NCBI GenBank assembly: GCA_046482545.1
Contig: JAWOEX010000032.1
Coordinates: 128,001-192,000 of the forward strand
Reading direction: 5' to 3'
Source: Candidatus Thorarchaeota archaeon
Lineage (GTDB): Archaea; Asgardarchaeota; Thorarchaeia; Thorarchaeales; Thorarchaeaceae
DNA: 64,000 bases
The notes beneath the pieces are model-generated. The model was not told where the DNA came from, searched no databases, and worked only from the letters and a program-made list of their open reading frames with translations. Made by a program: the position numbers and the translations under genes. This document shows positions 20,374-28,543 of the stretch, piece after piece. Within the stretch, counting starts at the first letter, position 1. Each line of letters begins with the position of its first letter.

Positions 20374-21204
20374 TTACTTAAAGTACATTGTTCTAGCTCG
20401 CTCCATGATTTGCTCATCAGCTGGAAACACGAGAGGAATTGATGTGAACTCAGTTTCGCAGGGCCTGTTCTTCGCAACATGGAAAACAACTCTGGGGCGC
20501 TTGACATCTTTCGTATGGTCAACTTCGATAACATAACTCCTTCTTGTCTCGGGGCTCTTCCCGTTTGGACTGTGTGCACAGATGCTTCCCTCACGAGGGG
20601 CAGCTCCATGGTCTTTGAGCATGTAGAAGACATCATTAACATCAGCTACATCTTTTACAAGCTCATATCCTCTGTAGAGTCGTTGTACTGAGCTTTCATG
20701 TGTATATGCCTCGGATTTGGATAGTGCTTGCTTGAGAGTGTCTTCAGTATCCAGCATGACATGATGACCTGTTCGAAGGGCCTTTCTTTCAGAGCGTTCT
20801 AAGGAATGGTCACTACCAGCTATCTCGATGACGAGTATGCTGTTGTGGTCTGCCAGTATGAGGTTACCCCACTGATATTTGCGCCCCCCATTCAAGTGGT
20901 TTCTAGTCATCTTCAAACCATCTTCTGCATCCTTGGCAAACATGATTATCTGCTCGGTGAGAAGATCGTAGTTTGGGTCCACTGTCTTGTGGACATGTGT
21001 GCTTGCAGCAGTAAGTCCGTGCCTGTTCACCCCCACAGTTAGACCCGATTGTTTTCCTGTTGCTCTATCCACCCCCCGAATTCCAAAACAGTCGACATCA
21101 TAGAAGAGCGTGTCAGTATGTTCAGCAGTAAGCAAATCCCTGTTCTTGAAAAGCAGCGTCTTCTTCTGATCTGCTAGGACTACGGCACCTGCTAGACTGG
21201 TCAT
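20374..21204 (-). CDS. Ntn-hydrolase-like protein (C45/AAT-like)
   Basis: LLFKNRD, GVNRHGL, GNLILAD and ICAH resemble C45/choloylglycine-type Ntn hydrolases. Confidence 0.6.
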   Translation of the reverse strand: MTSLAGAVVLADQKKTLLFKNRDLLTAEHTDTLFYDVDCFGIRGVDRATGKQSGLTVGVNRHGLTAASTHVHKTVDPNYDLLTEQIIMFAKDAEDGLKMTRNHLNGGRKYQWGNLILADHNSILVIEIAGSDHSLERSERKALRTGHHVMLDTEDTLKQALSKSEAYTHESSVQRLYRGYELVKDVADVNDVFYMLKDHGAAPREGSICAHSPNGKSPETRRSYVIEVDHTKDVKRPRVVFHVAKNRPCETEFTSIPLVFPADEQIMERARTMYFK

Positions 21205-21321
21205 CTGGAACCCCACAGCCTAGTAATTCGATACATGCAAATATAGCTTCTTAGGGTGAAACCGTGCTGAATTCTTGACGAAAATTCTATTTGGAAACAG
21301 ATTGTAGGATTCAGGAGAAAA

Positions 21322-22110
21322 ATGTTTGATTCCCGTGCCATTGTAGATGGCTTAGAAACCAAATACATCAAGCCCAGGTTTCATCATTTCGAAGAAGTGG
21401 ACTCAACGAATGAGACAGCCAAGAATAAAGCCCTGAGCGGCGCAGATTACGGTCTATTCATTGTTGCAGACGAACAGGTAGCTGGAAAAGGCAGGATGAA
21501 CCGAACTTGGGTTTCACCTCCTGGAGGGCTATACTTCTCCGTCTATCTTCAAGCTCCACTTAATGGAACTCCCTCGCCTATACTGGGAATGCTTGTAGCT
21601 TGTGCTACTACTGAGGCTATCCGCCAGGTGACCGGTGTAGATTCAACGATAAAATGGCCCAATGATCTTATGATTGGCGAAAGGAAGGTTGGCGGAATAC
21701 TCTGTGAAGCTATCTCAAGAGACGGCAAAGTCATCGGAGTTGTAGTTGGAGTCGGCATTAATCTGAATACCCGTGTGAGTGGATTATCTGCTAAATTCAG
21801 ATATCCCCCAACTAGTCTAATTGAAGAGACTGGAAAGACCATCTCAAGGGAGGAATTGATGCGAAGCATCCTTATGTCTATTGACAAGCGAATCGGAATA
21901 GTGAAGGATAGACGTTCCTACAACGATACTCTTGAGGAATTGAAATGGCTGAACAGGATTCTCGGTTATCCAGTGGTAGTTCATACGAGAGATGAAACAG
22001 TGGAAGGAACTGCCGTGGATATTCGAGATGATGGCGCATTAGTCGTTGAGACAGCATCCGGAACTCGAAAACCCATAACTATTGGGGATGTTACGAGGGT
22101 GATTCTTTAG
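21322..22110 (+). CDS. birA: Biotin-[carboxylase] ligase (class I, no HTH)
   Basis: VDSTN, QVAGKGRMNRTWVSP, KWPND, KVGGIL and GVGINL. Confidence 0.93.
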   Translation: MFDSRAIVDGLETKYIKPRFHHFEEVDSTNETAKNKALSGADYGLFIVADEQVAGKGRMNRTWVSPPGGLYFSVYLQAPLNGTPSPILGMLVACATTEAIRQVTGVDSTIKWPNDLMIGERKVGGILCEAISRDGKVIGVVVGVGINLNTRVSGLSAKFRYPPTSLIEETGKTISREELMRSILMSIDKRIGIVKDRRSYNDTLEELKWLNRILGYPVVVHTRDETVEGTAVDIRDDGALVVETASGTRKPITIGDVTRVIL

Positions 22111-22276
22111 CCTGCTGAGTGGGGTTACTTGCTCTGTGTCATGTTATTCGTCTCCGCTTTGGCATTTGCATTTCTCGTTCATCTGGGCATTTTGGTTTTA
22201 TCTAGGTTCTCTCGCTTCTTTCATGAGCACATCTAAATATACAGAGATATCTGATTACTTGAGGAGGTAATCTCAG

Positions 22277-23137
22277 TTGGAAGAGTCGACTGTCCTCATT
22301 CCACCCGACAAGCTCATGGAGATGCGAGACCTAATTCTTACAGATGAGCCAGCTTCACAATTGGATACCCGAAGCAAGTATGAAGAATTCAGAATAGCAT
22401 ACTCAGGGGGTACTATCGTAGGGTATAGGACGGGAAAAGTAGTCTCAAATACTCCCAAATGCGCTGCGATGATTTATCGAACGATTCAGAAGATGGAGTT
22501 CGAAGATGCAGCTTATACCCTTACCATTGGCTCCGATGAGGCTGGCAAGGGCGAATGGCTAGGCCCACTTACTGTTGCTGCTGTGGCACTCACTCCGAAT
22601 CAAGCCAAGCATCTCAGAGCCCTCGGAGTATTAGACAGCAAGAAACTTACTCGTCATAAGATTGCACGGAAAGCCCAAGACATCGTAAGTCATTGTCAAG
22701 CGAAACACGTACTTGTTATTTCCCCTCGAAAATTCAATACAATGTTTGCTGATTTCAAGGAGGAGGGCAAGAACCTGAATGATATCTTGGCGTGGGCGCA
22801 CTCAAAGGTAATATCCGAGGTCTACAAATCAACCAGAAACGAATTTGATGATACGAGTATTCGGGTAGTGGTAGACGAATTTGCTCGTGTGAAAACAAGA
22901 TTGCGTCTGGAACAACTCATTGACTTGGATCGAGTAACTCTTGTTCAGAAGCATGGTGCTGAGGACATAATGGCGGTTGCAGCTGCTAGTATTCTTGCCC
23001 GTGATGCGTATGAACTCTGGATTGCGCGGAATTCTGACAAGCTCAAGCTCAATCTTCGCAGTCTGAGTAAGAAAGAAGCGGCGGCTGGGGAAAAAACTGA
23101 CGAATTGGCAAAGTTACATTACATGGATAAGCAATGA
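22277..23137 (+). CDS. rnhC: Ribonuclease HIII-like (type 2 RNase H with N-terminal extension)
   Basis: IGSDEAGKGEWLGPL, GVLDSKKL, LNDILAWAH, VDEF and AVAAASILAR. The N-terminal region has YRTGKVV, like the TBP-like domain of RNase HIII. Confidence 0.8.
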   Translation: MEESTVLIPPDKLMEMRDLILTDEPASQLDTRSKYEEFRIAYSGGTIVGYRTGKVVSNTPKCAAMIYRTIQKMEFEDAAYTLTIGSDEAGKGEWLGPLTVAAVALTPNQAKHLRALGVLDSKKLTRHKIARKAQDIVSHCQAKHVLVISPRKFNTMFADFKEEGKNLNDILAWAHSKVISEVYKSTRNEFDDTSIRVVVDEFARVKTRLRLEQLIDLDRVTLVQKHGAEDIMAVAAASILARDAYELWIARNSDKLKLNLRSLSKKEAAAGEKTDELAKLHYMDKQ

Positions 23138-23174
23138 CTAGGTAGGTAAATCAGTAAATGTGCAATAGCGACCG

Positions 23175-23480
23175 CTATTTGCGAGTTGACTTCACTGTTT
23201 CTCTAATATGCTGAAGCAGATCTGCAATCTCCTCACTGGCGATGGAGTACATTTTCTTCTTCCCATCCCGTCTTGATTTGAGTATACCTGCATCGACAAG
23301 CTGTGTTAGATATGCCGAAACTGTAGACTGTGATAACCCTATCCGAGGGAATATTTCGCATTGACATTCTTCACCTTCAAGCAAATCTTCTACAATTCGC
23401 AATCTGACTGGATTGCTCAATGCCTTGTGAAATTCCACCCGCCGATTTATGAGTCGCTCATCTGATATCAATACTTCCAC
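23175..23480 (-). CDS. arsR: ArsR/SmtB family transcriptional regulator
   Basis: FHKALSNPVRLRI, ECQCEI (CxC metalloid site) and LSQSTVSAYL. Lies directly downstream of acr3. Confidence 0.85.
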   Translation of the reverse strand: MEVLISDERLINRRVEFHKALSNPVRLRIVEDLLEGEECQCEIFPRIGLSQSTVSAYLTQLVDAGILKSRRDGKKKMYSIASEEIADLLQHIRETVKSTRK

Positions 23481-23490
23481 TCTACGCTAT

Positions 23491-24555
23491 CTATTTGGTA
23501 TCGTCCCTTTTTGTTGTTTCTAAAGGTTGTCTCCAAAATCCTTTCTTCCGCAGGTACTTGGCAAGATAGACTAGTCCGAGCATGACAGGAACCTCCCAGA
23601 ATAGTCCCATTGTTGTTCCCAATGCAGCGATTGATCCGACACCATAGATAGACACAGCTATAGCAATTGCGATTTCAAAGTGACTCGAAGAACCGATGAT
23701 GACTGTTATGACTCCTTCTGGATATGCAAGACCTATCTGCCGAGTAATGAGGAGATTATATGTAAGAACAATGCCGAATCCTGCTAACAGAGGAACAGAC
23801 ACCAGAAATAGCAAATCTGGATGTTCGAGCATCACATTACCATTTAGTGAAAATAACACTATGAGAGTAGTCAATAGGGCCACTAGGGCCAAGTTTCCTA
23901 CAGCTGGCCTGTAGGTGTTCTCAAACCATTTTCTTCCTTTCCGTTCGACTAGTAACTTCCGACTGACAACCCCAAGCAGAAGCGGTAATCCTATGAACAA
24001 GAAGGATGAGACTAACAGCAACCATCGATCTATTGGTATATTTGAGAGCCCAGTGAAAAGGGCAACCAGCGGTGCGTAGAATAGAATGATAGTAACGGTA
24101 TTTAGGCTGGTGGTGATTACGTTCTGTTCTTGGTTTCCCTTTGCGAGATATCCCCATACCAATACCATTGCAGTACAAGGACTTGATGTCAACAAGATAA
24201 CCGCCACTATGAGCTGTTCTTGTCCTGGAAGGAGAGCTGTTGCTAGTCCAAATCCCACTAATGGAGCTACAATCCAGTTTGAGAGTAGGGTCAAAATGAT
24301 TGGCTGGGGATTTTTTCCCAATTTCCTTAGTTCAGCAACTTCGAAATTCAACATTGCAGGATACATCATAAGAAACAAACAGATGCCTATTGGGACTGAG
24401 ATATCGCCAATTTGCCATGCGCCAATAGCAACACTGATTCCGGGGAATGCTCGTGAAAGGGCAATTCCTACAATCATACATATAGCGACCCAGATTGGCA
24501 AGTACTTCTCAAAAATTGTGAGTTCCTGCTTTGTTCCTGGTACATCGAGTTCCAT
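23491..24555 (-). CDS. acr3: ACR3 family arsenite efflux transporter
   Basis: FEKYLPIWV, MMYP, NWIVAP, PCTAMVLVW, SSHFEIAIA and EVPVML. Confidence 0.92.
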   Translation of the reverse strand: MELDVPGTKQELTIFEKYLPIWVAICMIVGIALSRAFPGISVAIGAWQIGDISVPIGICLFLMMYPAMLNFEVAELRKLGKNPQPIILTLLSNWIVAPLVGFGLATALLPGQEQLIVAVILLTSSPCTAMVLVWGYLAKGNQEQNVITTSLNTVTIILFYAPLVALFTGLSNIPIDRWLLLVSSFLFIGLPLLLGVVSRKLLVERKGRKWFENTYRPAVGNLALVALLTTLIVLFSLNGNVMLEHPDLLFLVSVPLLAGFGIVLTYNLLITRQIGLAYPEGVITVIIGSSSHFEIAIAIAVSIYGVGSIAALGTTMGLFWEVPVMLGLVYLAKYLRKKGFWRQPLETTKRDDTK

Positions 24556-24592
24556 GGTCTTTCCTCTTCTTGATGATTTGCGGTGTTTTTAC

Positions 24593-24623
24593 ATCGAAAA
24601 ATAGCGATTAGTCAATATATTAA
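24593..24623 (-). promoter_or_regulatory. Putative acr3 promoter: TATA box plus ATCG-N8-CGAT inverted repeat (candidate ArsR operator)
   Basis: Minus-strand TTAATATA at 24616-24623 followed by ATCG(24593-96)/CGAT(24605-08), about 40-50 nt upstream of the acr3 ATG. Confidence 0.4.
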
Positions 24624-25790
24624 GCTTCCCTTGTAAACCCCTTTAGAAGTAAACAATTGGATATCCAAACCAACTACTGGGCAGTTCTGACGATTTGGTT
24701 CCTTCCCTCTAGGATAGCGTATGCTGCAACACTACCCCCGCAGATTGTATATATAGAGGCAAACTCCCTTTTGCCAGCTCTATAGTTACTGTTCCAATCG
24801 GATTAGTATCGGACTGGGGTGATGTAGACTTACTCATTTTTTCCTCCTCAGCAGTTCTCGCATCAACACTCATCATGGATAGACTCGTTGACAGAATTGG
24901 TTTCGAGTTGATAGCAGGTGTGATGGTGGTTCTCATCATTTTGCTCTTTGTCTACACTGACACACCTTACGAAGTCTCTCACGGAAGAACTCTCCTTATC
25001 TTTGCAGTGCCAATTGTGATGGCGGCTTTTCTCATTAGACCGTGGACTTCGGCATTGATTGCCATTCTCAGTTCTGTTATGTCACTGTTTGCAGGCTATG
25101 CTTTGCCAAATATACCCGCTATAGTGACATTTCACATTCTTGCGCTTCTCGTTTGGAATCTCTCTTCCCACCTTGAAGATACGATTGAGCAGCTAGCCAG
25201 CTCGCAAGAACGACTTGAAAACCAGAAGAAGCAGGCAATTCTGTATCTTGACGTTTTTGGACATGATTTTGCTAATAACCTCTAAGCTATCCTATTGGCG
25301 TTGGAATTCATAAAAGCACATTCTACAAGTGAAGAGATTAGACCAGTTATTAATAATGCAATCGACACATTGCATGACAGCAATAGTCTGATTAGAGAAG
25401 CGAAGAAGTTTGAATCCATCAATCAAGGTGAATTGAAGCCTTTTGAGATCTGCAAAACATTGGCGATATGTGTGGACGTTTTCAAGAATGAATATCCTGA
25501 TATTGCTATTGAATCCGAGGGGAACGTATCGGAAGCAGTAGTCAAAGCAGATACGTATGTTGCAGACTTATTCTCAATCCTGCTTGAAAATGCGGTACAG
25601 CATAACCCAAAGCAAAGAAGAACGTCTGGGTGCAAATACAGGAGGAGTGTGGCGGCTATGTAGTATCTATTGCAGATAATGGACCAGGAATACCCGATTT
25701 ACGAAAATCAACTCTATTTGATTTATCACATAGATATGGAGGACTTGGTTTACATCTGGCCAAGCTAATAGTTGACAATTACAGAGAAGG

Positions 25791-26334
25791 CAAGTTTTAC
25801 AAAAATCCTAAAAAATTCGGGTACAAAAGTGTAAGATTTCCTGCAACTCCTCTCCTGACCACAAGGGGAGTTTATTAGGCTCAGTACGGGGCCCCGGTTC
25901 AGTAGGACGAGGCAAGTGGGCTAGTGTTATACACGAGGCACGCGGCCGAAGGCTGTGAGGTGGACTCGTTCCACTAAGCACAAGTTCCCACTCTCCACTA
26001 AAGGAACTCCATCAGGTTCCGGAGTGTCCGCGGCTGTTCACCTTGTCCGTAATGGACCTCCTCAGTTACGGCGACAATGCTGAGGTGGGTGATCATGACC
26101 ACGCCGTGGCAAGAACTGTGGAAGACCTCGCTGTCGCCGGAGTGATGTGGCGGAGTTCGACAGGAGACGATAGCAATGACCGCGGAAGGAATCCCATTCC
26201 TGTGAACGCGGACAAAGCCCCTGCTGACTCACGGGCCTACGGGTACACAGAGGGCGGCAACGCTGGCAGGGGAAGAGTGGAACACAGAAGTTTCAGGCAG
26301 TTGCCAAAACTGTAAGAAACAGGTTATGCAAAGG
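25791..26334 (+). mobile_element. Non-autonomous ~545-bp insertion (MITE-like; IS607/TnpB-derived suspected)
   Basis: Interrupts the kinase HATPase domain, and removal restores the frame. AAGG at both junctions (25787-90, 26331-34). Direct repeat CAAAA(G/C)TGTAAGA at 25824-36 and 26305-17. No transposase ORF. Exact ends ambiguous by a few nt. Confidence 0.75.
25880..26290 (+). ncRNA. Putative structured RNA inside the insertion (omegaRNA-like candidate)
   Basis: GC-rich island with many helices, G-U pairs valid only on the + strand, cUACGg (26237-42) and GCAA (26257-60) tetraloops, and long-range pairings. Boundaries approximate. Confidence 0.55.
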
Positions 26335-26503
26335 TACTATTGCGGTCGAGAATCGGGTTTATGGAGAACCTGGAAAGGGAACCAAATTCCGGGTATGGTT
26401 ACCGGCTCTTGATTCGGGGAAAGACCGGCTTCATGGAACAGCGAGTTAGAAATACTATAAATACTAGAATTCCGATGGATTATGGGGAGATTGCGTTTTA
26501 CAG

Positions 26504-27262
26504 TTGAAAGGATTTGATGATATTGCACTTGCCTATGACCATTCCATAGATTGGGAAACCAGAATTCGTAGAGAGGTTCCGTTCATAGTCGAAATGGCCG
26601 AAGGTGTCAAGGGAAAACGTATACTTGACCTTGCGTGTGGGACAGGGAGACACACAATCGAACTTGACAAACGGGGTGCTAGAGTTACAGGCATTGACAA
26701 CAGCCCGGCTATGATAGACACAGCGAGGGAGATTGCCAAGGAGCAAGGCAGTAACGCTGAATTCGTGGTGGCTGACATGTCGGACATGAAACAGGTGGTA
26801 TCAGACAAATTCGATCTAGTGCTTTGTTTGGGTAATTCCCTTGCATTACTCTCCGATTTCGGAACCATTGAGCAAGTTATGTCAGATGTTCATGACAGAC
26901 TTGTGCCAGAAGGAACATTCTTGTATCAGATACTGAATTTTGAAGAGATTCTGCGTTCGCAGTTCCGATTCATGCAACCCAAGGCCAGGCAATCTAGAGA
27001 CGGCAGTAACGTGGTCTTTTTTCGCTTCTTTACTCATCCTGAAGAGTCTCGATATTCTACTTTGGTGCTTAGTGCCTTTGAAAATGGGGATGATTGGGAC
27101 GTAAGGATGCACACACTCAACGTTTTGCGAATGGATTATTCCATTGTTCGCGTTGTGATGAATCAAGCGGGATTTGAGGTCATCAAGACGTTTTCGTCGT
27201 ACGACGGCTCTCCCTTTGATAGAAGGAATAACAGGAATCTCATTGTCGTTACAAAGAAATAA
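26504..27262 (+). CDS. Class I SAM-dependent methyltransferase (glycine/sarcosine N-methyltransferase-like)
   Basis: ILDLACGTGRH, GIDNS and FDLVLCLGNSLALL. Confidence 0.87.
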   Translation: MKGFDDIALAYDHSIDWETRIRREVPFIVEMAEGVKGKRILDLACGTGRHTIELDKRGARVTGIDNSPAMIDTAREIAKEQGSNAEFVVADMSDMKQVVSDKFDLVLCLGNSLALLSDFGTIEQVMSDVHDRLVPEGTFLYQILNFEEILRSQFRFMQPKARQSRDGSNVVFFRFFTHPEESRYSTLVLSAFENGDDWDVRMHTLNVLRMDYSIVRVVMNQAGFEVIKTFSSYDGSPFDRRNNRNLIVVTKK

Positions 27263-27359
27263 CCGTATATGCGGCAAGTGTTTCGGATGATACTCCCAGA
27301 AGGAAAATAAGCGAGTGGGGGCATAATGAGCGAAACTCTTTCAGTATTGAAGGAAAGGA

Positions 27360-28142
27360 ATGGAGACCACTGTAATGGCGAAGTATGATCTAAAGGGACA
27401 AGCAGCGATTGTAACTGGAGCTTCCGGAGGACTTGGCGAGCAGTTTTGTATTGGACTAGCTGCTTCTGGCGCGGACATAGTTCTTGCTGCCCGTCGAGAG
27501 GAACGACTGAAGCAAATTGCAGAGGACATATCGAGTGAACATCATATTACCGCTCTACCTCTGAAAACTGATGTGACTAAAGAGAGTGATGTCATTCGCA
27601 TGGTTAAATATACTGCTGAGGAACTTGGTACGGTTGACATCTTGATCAATAACGCAGGGGTTTATGTCTTTAAACCTCTCACTGAGCAGACGGTAGAAGA
27701 CTGGCACAAAGTCATTGATGTGAATCTGACATCGACATTTCTGGGGTGTCGCGAAGCAGCTAAGATAATGATTCCCAAAAAAACAGGTTGCATTATTAAT
27801 ATCAGCTCAACTTTTGGCCTTGGAGGGACAGAGTTCCCTGAGGTGGGCTACTATGCTGCAAAGGGTGGAGTTATTGCATTAACCAAAGCTTTGGCGGTGG
27901 AGCTTGGAAAACACAATATCCGAGTTAATTCCATCGCACCAGGGTTCTTCCCAACTGAAATGTCGATTGAAGCAATTACCAATAAAGAAATCCGGGAACG
28001 AGTCATTGAGCCTCGTACTGCCCTACCAATGCTTGCGGAGAATGAGTGGATTAGGGGTGCTGCCTGTTTTCTAGCTAGTGAAGACGCAAAATACGTTACT
28101 GGACACACGCTTGCAGTTGATGGTGGGTGGCTTGCCTTTTAG
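27360..28142 (+). CDS. Classical SDR family oxidoreductase
   Basis: TGASGGLG, NNAG, NISS, YYAAK (YxxxK), NSIAPG and VDGG. Confidence 0.92.
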   Translation: METTVMAKYDLKGQAAIVTGASGGLGEQFCIGLAASGADIVLAARREERLKQIAEDISSEHHITALPLKTDVTKESDVIRMVKYTAEELGTVDILINNAGVYVFKPLTEQTVEDWHKVIDVNLTSTFLGCREAAKIMIPKKTGCIINISSTFGLGGTEFPEVGYYAAKGGVIALTKALAVELGKHNIRVNSIAPGFFPTEMSIEAITNKEIRERVIEPRTALPMLAENEWIRGAACFLASEDAKYVTGHTLAVDGGWLAF

Positions 28143-28543
28143 CCGTGAATAAATCGAGTGAATCGCCCTTCTCACATCTCTGTAACTTGATATCATCAGC
28201 GAGTAGCTGCATCAGTTGCATCGACATGCCATTATTCTGCACATAGACTGCGATTCATCATTCTCACTTTCAAGATATACCCGCTCTTGGGATTTGGTCT
28301 TGGATGATATTATTTCTGAACACATTTCTGTTGAATTTAGTTGGCAAACTGGGGAATTCAATTAATAGTGCTACATAGCCAAATAACCTCTCGTGAAGAA
28401 GGTTAATCCATGTATCGGGTTGGTTTCTCTTAAGGTTCTAATAAGACACGATACATCCTTGGCTCATGGCTTTAGGCTTAGAGTGAATGTTGCAAGTGGG
28501 ACCGCATATCTTGGATTAGGTCACTCACGGAGATAACCGAGCT

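Larger units (their letters stand above)
24875..26449 (+). pseudogene. Disrupted membrane sensor histidine kinase
   Basis: TM region, then H-box HDFANNL*AIL (TAA 25283-85), N-box ENAVQHN, a frameshift at ~25606-25615, DNGPGIP and GGLGLHL..IVDNY. An insertion follows, and the ATPase tail GTIAVENRVYGEPGKGTKFRVWLP resumes at 26333 and stops at TAG 26447-49. Confidence 0.85.

Noticed and set aside
25880-26290. RNase P RNA, SRP RNA, tRNA or group II intron as identity of the GC-rich structured region
   Set aside because: I could not find the RNase P GAGGAAAGUCC / ACAGAA..GGCUUA pair, the SRP helix-8 motif, a cloverleaf, or group II GUGCG / domain V signatures. The region also sits inside an insertion that interrupts a gene.
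26043-26315. 90-aa ORF inside the insertion as a functional protein
   Set aside because: TTG start, no recognisable domain, and it overlaps the most structured RNA part. At most a remnant of a parental gene's 3' tail.
28143-28543. 400-bp gap between convergent genes as an ncRNA or small gene
   Set aside because: No ORF of 60 aa or more, no strong helices and no repeats seen. Possibly decayed sequence.
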